Shown: one piece after another, positions 28,066 to 37,188 of the stretch
Layout: the number at the start of each line of letters is the position of its first letter
How positions within the stretch are numbered: the stretch's first letter is position 1
Origin: a virus
Taxonomy: Duplodnaviria > Heunggongvirae > Uroviricota > Caudoviricetes
Reading direction: 5' to 3' (one strand)
Length of the DNA: 64,000 bases
IMG/VR virus record: IMGVR_UViG_3300029474_000225
Location: 35,109 to 99,108 of that record
Translations under genes and position numbers: made by a program
The notes under the pieces: generated by a model
Database searches by the model: none
Told to the model about the DNA's origin: nothing
The model's input: the letters and a program-made list of their open reading frames with translations, nothing else

Positions 28066-28139
28066 GGATCATTAGCACAATTGGTTAGTGCATTCGGCTC
28101 ATAACCGGACGGTTCAGAGTTCAAGTCTCTGATGATCCA
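28066..28139 (+). tRNA. tRNA with CAT anticodon (Met, fMet or Ile2), no encoded CCA
   Basis: Manual cloverleaf: acceptor GGATCAT/ATGATCC, D-arm GCAC..GTGC, anticodon stem TTCGG/CCGGA with loop CTCATAA, T-arm CAGAG-TTCAAGT-CTCTG. Confidence 0.7.
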
Positions 28140-28164
28140 TTGCTAAATCAAACAAAGAGAGGAG

Positions 28165-28782
28165 ATGATTACGTTGGCACAATATGTAATTACAGATGGT
28201 TCTCGTTGGATTATGAGAAATCGTAATGGTAAATATGTTCCAACATCTTGCGAGGCATTGGCTGATACATTTTCAAATAAAGCAGCCAATAATCTATATA
28301 ATAACTCGCTACCCAAAGCCTTGAAATCAGTATTTCATATCCAGAAAATTGATACCCCACCCGATAATGTAAAGCAGATTACACAATCAGAAGTGGAAAA
28401 TAATACCGAAAAAGTTATGGTTGCTGAAAATATCCAGAAATGGATTGACAAAATAACTGATCTTAATGGATTAGCAACAGATGCATTACATAGAAAAGAA
28501 GAATTGTGTGAAGAACTTAGCTTTGTAGACAGGGAATTATCCGATATCAATCATTATATAGAATTTTGCAATCTTAATGCAGCACAAGGATGGAAAGCAT
28601 ATAAGATGATAAAGGAACGGAGGATAAAAAGAAGAAGTATCAAAAATGAGATACAAATTCTTAACATTATTCTTGATAAAAAGATTTCTGATACAGTTAC
28701 AAATGAGATTTTGGAATCCATGTCGAAAATGGATAAGCGTACATATGAACCACGAGTAATGAACGAGCTGTTTGATTTGTAA
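28165..28782 (+). CDS. hypothetical protein (205 aa)
   Basis: SD GAGAGGAG upstream. The start may instead be the TTG at 28174. Confidence 0.55.
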   Translation: MITLAQYVITDGSRWIMRNRNGKYVPTSCEALADTFSNKAANNLYNNSLPKALKSVFHIQKIDTPPDNVKQITQSEVENNTEKVMVAENIQKWIDKITDLNGLATDALHRKEELCEELSFVDRELSDINHYIEFCNLNAAQGWKAYKMIKERRIKRRSIKNEIQILNIILDKKISDTVTNEILESMSKMDKRTYEPRVMNELFDL

Positions 28783-28797
28783 AGAAAGGATATACAT

Positions 28798-28980
28798 ATG
28801 GTGATTTGTAAAAGGTGTTATACGTCTATGGTTGTTGTTATGTCGTTTTCAAAGGACAAGCATGAGAAATTCTGTCGTTGTCCGAAGTGTTGTTCAGAGA
28901 CACGACATATAAAAATCAATGATAATGAGTTGAGTTTTGGAGAATATTTGTATAGAGAGTTAGACAGAAAAAGGAAATGA
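28798..28980 (+). CDS. zinc-ribbon protein (CKRC...CRCPKCC)
   Basis: 60 aa with two Cys pairs. SD AAAGGA upstream. Confidence 0.5.
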   Translation: MVICKRCYTSMVVVMSFSKDKHEKFCRCPKCCSETRHIKINDNELSFGEYLYRELDRKRK

Positions 28981-28990
28981 AGTAAGGCAG

Positions 28991-31198
28991 GTGCATGAAG
29001 TGAAAGACGAAATATTGCGTGAAAAATTAAATAATCTTTCATCACAACAGTTGGAATGGATTAATGAATACTGTGTAAATGATATGTCAAAATTGAAGAA
29101 AATTAGTTACAATGCATTTTTCAGGTATGGGATTCCAGCACATGAACATGACGAATTGTACGATGATGCAATGAATGTTCTGATGGAAAGTGTTATCAAC
29201 TTTGATTCATCTCAAGGTGCGAGTTTTAAAACTTACCTTATTAATAATATTAAAAAATCTGTTATTGACTGGTATAGAGACAACTATCAGAGATGTAAAA
29301 GAAAAAATCTATTAACTGATAAAAATGGAAAGATAGTAAAGGTTGATAAAAATGGAAATGTAACAGATGACGATAAAGGAAAACCAGTTATTATTCCAGA
29401 TACTTCATTTGATGCACCTACTGAAGAAGATAATGATTTAGTAGAAAAAATTGCATCTGACTTTAACGTAGAAGACAAGAGTGAGTTCGATTTTAGTGCC
29501 GATGAAAAAGTTGATAATTTTATTGATTCTTTGCCGAGGATACAAAAAAATATTTTGCTGATGCGGATGGAGAATGTTCCTGCTGATAATATAAAACAAA
29601 AATTGAATATATCAGACAGAGAATATAGTAGTGCTATGAAGTCAATTAAGATAAATAAAGGACTTTCAGTATTTTCAAAGAATAAAAATGATGGGAATTA
29701 TGATGTGGAGGTAAATAATATGGAAGACAGAATTATTGAAATTAGCGAATCTGAAAATTACAGGACGGACAAGTATAGCATGTATTCGTTGTTACAGGAT
29801 AAGAAAAATGGAGACGTGAACTGCAACTACATCTTGCAACGTGAACCTTTTCAGTGGACTACAGAAGAAGCGAATAGATATTTTTGTCGTATTCTTAGTA
29901 ATCTTCCTATTCCAGAAATTATTCTTTGTGAACAGAAGAAAAAGGGATTGACAATCTCTCATTTAATTGACGGATTGCAGAGACTTTCATATGCTGAGGC
30001 ATTCAAGGAAAATCGTATTAAGATTGGTTCAGCAGGAGCAGAGAGACATTTAATTCAGTATAGAGATTATGTCTTAGATGATAATGGAAATCGTGTACTT
30101 GATGAAGATGGCTTACCAGAATATGAGATGAAAATATTTGATGTTATAGGGAAATATTATAAAGATCTTCCTGATGAGTTAAAGAAACGATTCAATAATT
30201 TCAATATAAACGTAACAAAATTCTTTGATTGTACAGATGAGCAGATTGCAGATCATATTCGTGATTATAACAATCATGCGAGTATGAATAAGGAACAGGG
30301 TGGTTTTCTTAATGTATCTGCACAGACAGCGGGATATATTAAAAATATTTCACAGAAAAACACATTCTTTAAAAATTGTGGGAAGTTTACAGATAATAAT
30401 GTTATTAAGGGAAAGTTGGAACGTGTTGTTGCAGAATCAATAATGTTAATGTTCTTCCGTGATTCATGGAAAGCAAAACTTGATACAATTTACAAATATG
30501 TTGATGAAAATGCAACAGAACAGCAGTTCTTAAAACTTAATTCACATTTTAATAGATTGGAATTAGCATTAGGCGATGACAATAAAGACTTGAAGTCATT
30601 ACTTACTCCAACTACAATGCCAATGTGGATTGCAGTATTTGATAAATTTACTACATATAATATTGAAGATTCAAGATTCATTGATTTCTTAAGAGCATAT
30701 AATACAGAACTTAAAGATAAAGAAGTTGATGGTGTATCTATGGCAGATTTTAAAGACCAACAGACAAAGAAAAAGGCAACTATTACAGGTAAAATTGATT
30801 TACTTATAAAACTGATGAATGAATTTTTACATATTGGTACAAGAGAAGTAAATAACACAGAATTGGAGAATAACAATACGAAAGAAAGTGCTGAAGAAAA
30901 TACGGAAGAAAGTGTTCTTTCTTTTGTTCAAGAAAATGCAAATCCAAATGTGACGGACGAAGATATAAACCTTTACACAGACATGGTGGAAGATTGTGTG
31001 AAGATTGATGATCCAGTTTATAAGGAATGCGGAACTGCATTAGTAGCACTCATGGCATATGCTTGCCAAAATGATAAGGATCAAGACTTTGAAAAATGGA
31101 TTGAAAACTATAGAAATAAATCTGAATTTAGTCCATCACAGAAAGTTAATTATACATATATGAAACGCAGCTTTGATAATTTCGTAGCAAATGCGTAA
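28991..31198 (+). CDS. sigma-70 family (regions 2 and 4) domain fused to DUF262/ParB-like (DGxQR) domain protein, 735 aa
   Basis: N-terminus matches sigma region 2: HDELYDDAMNVLMESVINFDSSQGASFKTYLINNIKKSVIDWYRD. Region 4 HTH: LPRIQKNILLMRMENVPADNIKQKLNISDREYSSAMKSI. DUF262 motifs: QREPFQW ... LIDGLQRL. GTG start. Confidence 0.7.
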   Translation: MHEVKDEILREKLNNLSSQQLEWINEYCVNDMSKLKKISYNAFFRYGIPAHEHDELYDDAMNVLMESVINFDSSQGASFKTYLINNIKKSVIDWYRDNYQRCKRKNLLTDKNGKIVKVDKNGNVTDDDKGKPVIIPDTSFDAPTEEDNDLVEKIASDFNVEDKSEFDFSADEKVDNFIDSLPRIQKNILLMRMENVPADNIKQKLNISDREYSSAMKSIKINKGLSVFSKNKNDGNYDVEVNNMEDRIIEISESENYRTDKYSMYSLLQDKKNGDVNCNYILQREPFQWTTEEANRYFCRILSNLPIPEIILCEQKKKGLTISHLIDGLQRLSYAEAFKENRIKIGSAGAERHLIQYRDYVLDDNGNRVLDEDGLPEYEMKIFDVIGKYYKDLPDELKKRFNNFNINVTKFFDCTDEQIADHIRDYNNHASMNKEQGGFLNVSAQTAGYIKNISQKNTFFKNCGKFTDNNVIKGKLERVVAESIMLMFFRDSWKAKLDTIYKYVDENATEQQFLKLNSHFNRLELALGDDNKDLKSLLTPTTMPMWIAVFDKFTTYNIEDSRFIDFLRAYNTELKDKEVDGVSMADFKDQQTKKKATITGKIDLLIKLMNEFLHIGTREVNNTELENNNTKESAEENTEESVLSFVQENANPNVTDEDINLYTDMVEDCVKIDDPVYKECGTALVALMAYACQNDKDQDFEKWIENYRNKSEFSPSQKVNYTYMKRSFDNFVANA

Positions 31199-31418
31199 TC
31201 AATTTGGTAATAAGCAATAGCTTTTACATAAAAGATGGACAACGATATGTCGTGAAGTTGCTGTTGCCCATCTCACATATCAACCAGGAATAATCCAGAA
31301 GTCGATATACATATATAGTAATCTTTTCTTGAGGTTAAATCAACAACCAAATTGACATTCTTCTCGTTCTGAGTTGGATTATTCCATTATTAAAAAGTTT
31401 TAAAAGGAGAATAAATAT

Positions 31419-31574
31419 ATGCCGGCATTAGTATTATTGATTTTAATTGGTATCGTAATAATTTGGTTTTTGCTGTCGCCATTTTTTGATAAGATTGGCT
31501 CATTTGTCATCAGAAAAATAAATGGAATTACGGCAGATGAAAATAAAAACAATAAAGAAGAAAAGGAGATTTAA
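31419..31574 (+). CDS. small membrane protein (51 aa)
   Basis: Strong SD AAAAGGAGAA upstream. TM helix ALVLLILIGIVIIWFLLSPF. Its stop lies 5 nt before the start of the next gene. Confidence 0.5.
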   Translation: MPALVLLILIGIVIIWFLLSPFFDKIGSFVIRKINGITADENKNNKEEKEI

Positions 31575-31579
31575 GAAAC

Positions 31580-32449
31580 ATGAAAAAAGCAGTAGGTGGA
31601 GTTGTAGCAGCAGTTGTAATTGTTGTTGCAGTAGTTTTGTTAGCAATGTGTAGTGTAAAAATTCCGGCAGGTTATGTTGGTGTCCAGTATTCACTTAACG
31701 GAGGAATCAAAGGTAAAGTTCTTTCACAGGGATTACATTTTGTGTCGCCAACAACAAAAGTAACAAAATATACCGTTGGAATTGAGCAGTCATATCTCAC
31801 AAAGGCAGATAAGGGAGATTCCCCTAAAGATGAGAGTTTTTCTGCAAGTTCATCAGAAGGAAAAGCAATGACAATTGATCTTACTTATACATATCAGTAT
31901 CAACCAGATAATGTTGCGGATGTATTTTCAAGATTTAAAGGACAGAGTGGAAAAGAAATCAGAGATTCTTTCATTAAACCAAACATTATTTCTTGGACTA
32001 AAGAAGTAATTGCAAATTATCCTGTGTCTGATATTCTTGGATCAAAGAGAGCAGAAGTTAACACAGAATTGACAAAATATTTATCAAAGAAGTTTGAAGA
32101 TTACGGCATTACAATTTCAAATGTTTCAATGATTGATGTTTCTGTTGATAAGAAAACACAGAAGGTTATCAATGATAAGATTGCTGCACAGCAAGATGCA
32201 GAGACCCAGGAGATTAAAAATAGAACAGCAATTGAAAAAGCAAAAGCGGATGCAGAAGTTAAAAAGACAGAAGCACAAGCAAAAGCAGATGCTCAGTTAA
32301 TTGAGGCAAAGGCAGAAGCAGAATCAAATAACAAATTAAGTGGATCTATTACAGATGAACTTATTCGTATGAAAGAAGCAGAAGCAAGATTGAAACACGG
32401 ATGGGTTGAAGTAACTGGTAGTGAAGCAACAGTAGTCAAAGACAAGTAA
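31580..32449 (+). CDS. SPFH/band-7 (prohibitin/HflC-like) membrane protein
   Basis: N-terminal TM, then a band-7 core (VSPTTKVTKYTVGIEQSY...IRDSFIKPNIISWTKEVIANYPVSDILGSKRAEV) and an Ala/Lys/Glu-rich coiled-coil tail. Confidence 0.75.
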   Translation: MKKAVGGVVAAVVIVVAVVLLAMCSVKIPAGYVGVQYSLNGGIKGKVLSQGLHFVSPTTKVTKYTVGIEQSYLTKADKGDSPKDESFSASSSEGKAMTIDLTYTYQYQPDNVADVFSRFKGQSGKEIRDSFIKPNIISWTKEVIANYPVSDILGSKRAEVNTELTKYLSKKFEDYGITISNVSMIDVSVDKKTQKVINDKIAAQQDAETQEIKNRTAIEKAKADAEVKKTEAQAKADAQLIEAKAEAESNNKLSGSITDELIRMKEAEARLKHGWVEVTGSEATVVKDK

Positions 32450-32464
32450 GGAGATTCTTAAAAA

Positions 32465-32587
32465 ATGGGATTAACATGCAAACCAACTGGGAGAATGAAA
32501 CAAGTTTTGACAAAACTTACAAATCAGATTGAGAAAAATCGTATTGAAACTGAGAAGGCAAAGAGAGTAAGAAAAATCAAAAAATAA
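32465..32587 (+). CDS. small basic protein (40 aa)
   Basis: SD AAGGAGA upstream. Basic tail KRVRKIKK. Confidence 0.3.
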   Translation: MGLTCKPTGRMKQVLTKLTNQIEKNRIETEKAKRVRKIKK

Positions 32588-32682
32588 GTAAACTATTTAT
32601 ATGGACTTGTTTATATGGTGTTATAGACAAGTCCATTATACTAAAAGGAAAATTCTCTTTCTTTGGATTGTGAGGTGAGAAT

Positions 32683-33054
32683 ATGCAAATAAATATTAGT
32701 TATACATTATATACAGACGGTGATTACAGTTTAAGGAATGCCGAAGATTTTGGTTGTACTAATAGAGACGTAGTAGTTGATGATTTTGAATATTATGATT
32801 ATGTTGGTTCTATGGAATTTAAATATGAAGAGGAGTGGCGTTGTAAAAGCGAAGCAAAAGATTTTCTTTGGAGATTTTTATGTGATGGAATTCATATATC
32901 TTATACACATCCTTGGTTACTTAAAGACTTTTATGACATTATGGAATCTTTAGAGAATGTCATTAATGAATATAAAGATGGAATATCTGTAGCCAAAAGG
33001 CATATAACAGGTAACTATGAGGGAACAGAAATTCAAATAGAAATATCTAAGTAA
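32683..33054 (+). CDS. hypothetical protein
   Basis: SD GTGAGGTGAG upstream. Preceded by a TTTCTTTGGA motif. Confidence 0.6.
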   Translation: MQINISYTLYTDGDYSLRNAEDFGCTNRDVVVDDFEYYDYVGSMEFKYEEEWRCKSEAKDFLWRFLCDGIHISYTHPWLLKDFYDIMESLENVINEYKDGISVAKRHITGNYEGTEIQIEISK

Positions 33055-33087
33055 AGTTCGATTTCTTTGGAAGAGAGGTGAAAATAA

Positions 33088-33243
33088 ATGGCATGTGATT
33101 ATTGTGTGTACCGTTATTCTTATGATTGTGATGATGGTTGGAATTGCCATAAAAATTGTGAAAGTTTTAAGTTAAATTGGGATAGTTTATCTGAGAAAGA
33201 TAAGAAAACCATTCAAAAAATTTTGGATAGAAGAGGAGGCTAA
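33088..33243 (+). CDS. small Cys-rich protein (51 aa; CDYC...C..C..C)
   Basis: Below the track's cutoff. SD GAGAGGTGA upstream. Codons verified. Confidence 0.5.
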   Translation: MACDYCVYRYSYDCDDGWNCHKNCESFKLNWDSLSEKDKKTIQKILDRRGG

Positions 33244-33446
33244 GTTATGGAACAGATTCAGGAAAATGAATAGTGGAAATTGAATGGCAACTGTGAAAAA
33301 TGTAGAAGGAACAATTATTGTTCAAAACCATGTACTCAGCATAATAGACGAATAAGAGCCGAGTTTAAAAGTCTTGTTGCAGATACAATGAACAAAATGA
33401 CAGGTGGAGTGATAAAAGAAGTTATTGAAAAGACAGTAAATGGAAT

Positions 33447-33689
33447 TTGGTAAATGAGAAGAGGTATTATATGAGTCAATGGATTAGAAATAAGTCATGT
33501 GAGATTTGCGGAAGAATAGAAGTTGGATTAATAGAAATGAATGTAGGAAAAACTATGCATTATCTATGTTATCCATGTATGGCAAATTTCGCATCAGACG
33601 TTCTTGATTATGCCAGAATGAATTTGACCGAGAAAGTCAATGAATATGGAAATACATATTTTATAGACGAAGAACAGAAACCACAGTAA
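33447..33689 (+). CDS. Cys-rich protein (CEICG...CYPC)
   Basis: Track ORF with a TTG start. An internal ATG at 33471 has SD GAAGAGGT, so either start is possible. Confidence 0.5.
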   Translation: MVNEKRYYMSQWIRNKSCEICGRIEVGLIEMNVGKTMHYLCYPCMANFASDVLDYARMNLTEKVNEYGNTYFIDEEQKPQ

Positions 33690-33725
33690 ACTTCGATCTT
33701 TGGAAAATGAAAGGAGTATTTAATA

Positions 33726-34181
33726 ATGACTGTTAAATATATTTTAGAAAATATTTTTGGCAAAGATATTAAGTGGCATTGCAAAAATCTTAATAATAAA
33801 GCAATGATCGAATTTAATGTCGCTTCTCCATTTCAGCCATTCGCTGAACCAATTATTGATATAAAAGAAATGATTGTTGATACAAAATATTTATTTAACA
33901 CTCATCGAGACTATAAAACAGATAAAATAAAAATTGTTTGTTTAATAAATTCATGTGAAGAAGGCGATCAAAATCAATGGATGAGTGTGAAAGATGTAAT
34001 AGAAAAACTCAAACAATTCGATGAAGATTTAGACTTGTGTAATGTGGATAAACAATATGTTGATGGATGGATACCTGCAATTATAAATGTTTATGACGAA
34101 GATCCTGAGTATGCATATGAATGTGACAAAAAGATTATTCCAGATAATTTTATTGATGGAATTACATTCTTTTTAACATAA
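33726..34181 (+). CDS. hypothetical protein
   Basis: SD AAAGGAG upstream. Confidence 0.6.
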   Translation: MTVKYILENIFGKDIKWHCKNLNNKAMIEFNVASPFQPFAEPIIDIKEMIVDTKYLFNTHRDYKTDKIKIVCLINSCEEGDQNQWMSVKDVIEKLKQFDEDLDLCNVDKQYVDGWIPAIINVYDEDPEYAYECDKKIIPDNFIDGITFFLT

Positions 34182-34230
34182 AACAACACAAGAAAACTTC
34201 GTTTCATGCGAAATTAAGAAAGGAGACAAT

Positions 34231-34542
34231 ATGCTAAACGTTGGAGATTATGTAGGACAGATCATTAAAGATTCATCTGGTGTATGGAAGTTATATAAGG
34301 ATAAGATAAATAAAATCACGACAACAAAGAAATATGGTAGAAGATATTTTACCAAGACAGTGTTTCGACCATTAGACGCAGATAACGTAGATAACAACAC
34401 AAAAGAAATGGAAGAGTCGATTGGTAAGGGATATATACTTACAAGAGAAGTGTTTGGATTAAATAGTAAAACTGAATCTTATGCTGAAAGATGGGTAAAA
34501 TGGGCTAATGAGAATCCAGATAAGGCAACTGGTTTGATATAA
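34231..34542 (+). CDS. hypothetical protein
   Basis: SD AAAGGAGA upstream. Confidence 0.6.
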   Translation: MLNVGDYVGQIIKDSSGVWKLYKDKINKITTTKKYGRRYFTKTVFRPLDADNVDNNTKEMEESIGKGYILTREVFGLNSKTESYAERWVKWANENPDKATGLI

Positions 34543-34604
34543 ACGGAGAATATAACAGTAGAAACAATTAAAAAAAATAAATATAAGAAAGAAGAGGTAA
34601 CAAT

Positions 34605-36662
34605 ATGGATGGATTTATGATGTTTAAGAAGGCATTACAGAAGCATTTTGATGAAATGCAGAAAGAGGCAACACATTTATTTGAGGTAAATGTAGATAAG
34701 GATGAATTATGGAATACATATCTTGATAGCTTCCCTGCTGGTACAAATGAGATTTTCAGAGAGCGTAGAGAGCATGATTGCAGTTGTTGTAGACAGTTTA
34801 TTAAGAATATTGGTTCTGCTGTCACTATCAAGGATAATCAGATTCACACAATTTGGGAACTGAATCTTGGTGGTACAACATATCAGCCAGTATGTGATGC
34901 ACTTGACGCATTTGTAAAGGCTCATACAGTAACAGATATTTACACAACTAAGTTTCCTAAAATTGGTACAGATTTTAATTTCGAGGAAATCAATGGCAAG
35001 TCTCATCAGTGGGATCATTTCTTCTTAGAGCTTCCAAGTAAGTTCGTAAATAGAAGTAGTCGTTCTAATGAGGAAGTTAAAGGACAGTTCAGAGATACAA
35101 GAAACGTATTTAAGCGTTCTCTTGATGAAATTACTATGGATGCACTTGATACAATTCTTGAACTTATCAATTCAAATACACTTTACAAGGGTGAAGAGTG
35201 GAAAGGCGTACTCACAGAGTTCAAGAAGTATAAGAAGGAATATGATAAGCTGACTTCTGATACTGAAAAGGATTTATATGCTTGGGAGAAGTCGGTAACA
35301 GCAGGTATGGCTATTGGTAGAATTAGAAATCATTCTATTGGAACACTTCTTATTAATGTAAGTGAGGATATGGATCTTGACACAGCAGTTAAGAAGTATG
35401 AGCAGATTGTCGCTCCAAGTAATTATAAGCGTCCAAAGGCGATTTTTACAAAGAAGATGCTTGAGGATGCAAAGAAGACCATTACAGAACTTGGATATAT
35501 GGATTCATTACAGAGAAGATTTGCTAATCTGAATGATATTACTGTAAATAATGTACTGTTTTCAAATAAGAGTGCCGCAAGAAGAATGGTTGGAGCTGAT
35601 GATATTTTCGGTCAGATGGAGAAGGATGTAGCCGTAAGTCCTAAGAAGTTTTCAAAGGTTGAAGAGATTTCAGCACAGGATTTCGTTGATAAGGTACTTC
35701 CAACTGCAAAGGAGATTGAAGCTTTTGTAGAGAATAAACATGAGAAGAACTTTGTTTCTATGATTGCACCTGTTAATTCAGATGCTAAGACAATGTTCAA
35801 ATGGAATAATGGATTATCTTGGGCTTATTCAGGAAACATTACTGACTCTGATATGAAGCAGAATGTAAAAGCTGCTGGCGGTAATGTCGATGGTATACTC
35901 AGATTTTCAATTCAGTGGAACGAAGATGGACATGACAATTATGATCTTGATGCTCATTGCGTTGAACCAAACGGAACAGAAATCTATTATGGTAGTTACA
36001 AAGCACCAAGAATTACTTCTATGGGTGGTCAGTTAGATGTTGATGTAATTGATCCATGTGGAAAAGTTGCAGTAGAGAATATTACTTGGCAGGATTTATC
36101 AAGAATGAGACCAGGAACATATAGATTTTTTGTACATCAGTATTCAGGTGCAGTAAGACATGGATTCAGAGCAGAAGTTGAGTTCAATGGAGAGATTTAT
36201 TCATTTGATTATAGCAATCCTATGAGAACTGGTGAGAAAGTTCAGGTGGCAGAGGTAACACTTGACGAGAATGGCAACTTCTCAATTAAGGAAAAGCTGT
36301 CTGGAAGTTCATCTATCTCAAGTCGTGAGATTTGGGGTGTAAATACAAATCAGTTTGTTCCTGTATCAGTAATTAGTTACAGCCCAAACTATTTTGACGA
36401 GCAGGATGGAATTGGTCATAGACATTTATTCTTCTTCCTGAAGGATTGTGTGAACAACGAAAGTCCTAATGGCTATTACAATGAGTTCTTAAAGAGTGAC
36501 CTTGAAAAGCACAAGAGAGTATTTGAGGCTTTAGGTGCTAAGTGCCATGTAGAAGATACTGATGATCAGCTTTCAGGAATTGGATTCTCTATGACTAAGA
36601 GAGCAGATTTAGTTGTTAAGGTTAAAGGCGCAACAGAGCGTGTAATGAAGATTAAATTTTAA
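34605..36662 (+). CDS. large hypothetical protein (685 aa) with N-terminal HDCSCC Cys cluster
   Basis: Long ORF with SD AAGAGGT upstream. No family recognised by eye. Confidence 0.65.
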   Translation: MDGFMMFKKALQKHFDEMQKEATHLFEVNVDKDELWNTYLDSFPAGTNEIFRERREHDCSCCRQFIKNIGSAVTIKDNQIHTIWELNLGGTTYQPVCDALDAFVKAHTVTDIYTTKFPKIGTDFNFEEINGKSHQWDHFFLELPSKFVNRSSRSNEEVKGQFRDTRNVFKRSLDEITMDALDTILELINSNTLYKGEEWKGVLTEFKKYKKEYDKLTSDTEKDLYAWEKSVTAGMAIGRIRNHSIGTLLINVSEDMDLDTAVKKYEQIVAPSNYKRPKAIFTKKMLEDAKKTITELGYMDSLQRRFANLNDITVNNVLFSNKSAARRMVGADDIFGQMEKDVAVSPKKFSKVEEISAQDFVDKVLPTAKEIEAFVENKHEKNFVSMIAPVNSDAKTMFKWNNGLSWAYSGNITDSDMKQNVKAAGGNVDGILRFSIQWNEDGHDNYDLDAHCVEPNGTEIYYGSYKAPRITSMGGQLDVDVIDPCGKVAVENITWQDLSRMRPGTYRFFVHQYSGAVRHGFRAEVEFNGEIYSFDYSNPMRTGEKVQVAEVTLDENGNFSIKEKLSGSSSISSREIWGVNTNQFVPVSVISYSPNYFDEQDGIGHRHLFFFLKDCVNNESPNGYYNEFLKSDLEKHKRVFEALGAKCHVEDTDDQLSGIGFSMTKRADLVVKVKGATERVMKIKF

Positions 36663-36683
36663 TTAGAAAAGGAGATTATTATT

Positions 36684-37073
36684 ATGACAAACAATGAATT
36701 ATTTATCAATGCAACAAGAGCAAACTATCAGTTCCCATTCAGAGGAATGATTAACGTAATTGATTTGTGGGATTTATCTCTCACAAATCTGGACTCAGTA
36801 TTTAAGACACTCAATGCAGAAGCAAAGAAGTCTGAGGAAGAAAGTCTTCTGAATACCAAATCAAAGGAAGATGAGGAGATTTCTAATAAGATTGAAATTG
36901 TCAAGTATATTGTTGGTGTGAAGCTGGATGAGAAGAAGAAGAGAGAAGACGCTAAGAAAAATGCTGAGATGAGACAGAGATTGCTTGAAATCAAGGCTAA
37001 GAGACAGGATGTAGCACTTGAAAATATGTCTGATGAGGATCTGGATAAGGCACTTGCAGAGTTAGACGAGTAA
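36684..37073 (+). CDS. hypothetical protein with charged coiled-coil C-terminus
   Basis: SD AAAAGGAGA upstream. Confidence 0.6.
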   Translation: MTNNELFINATRANYQFPFRGMINVIDLWDLSLTNLDSVFKTLNAEAKKSEEESLLNTKSKEDEEISNKIEIVKYIVGVKLDEKKKREDAKKNAEMRQRLLEIKAKRQDVALENMSDEDLDKALAELDE

Positions 37074-37188
37074 TTGTTGCAAATATACCATATATAGTAT
37101 TGGAAATAAGTAATATATACTATATATGGTATATATTTTACATTAGAATGAAACGCACATTTCTTGCGGAATTTTGGAGGTTAAGACA

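Noticed and set aside
33280-33429. TTG-start 49-aa Cys-containing ORF between 33243 and 33447
   Set aside because: It has a weak SD and a non-ATG start. My first translation was mis-framed. I kept it out of the feature list as too uncertain.
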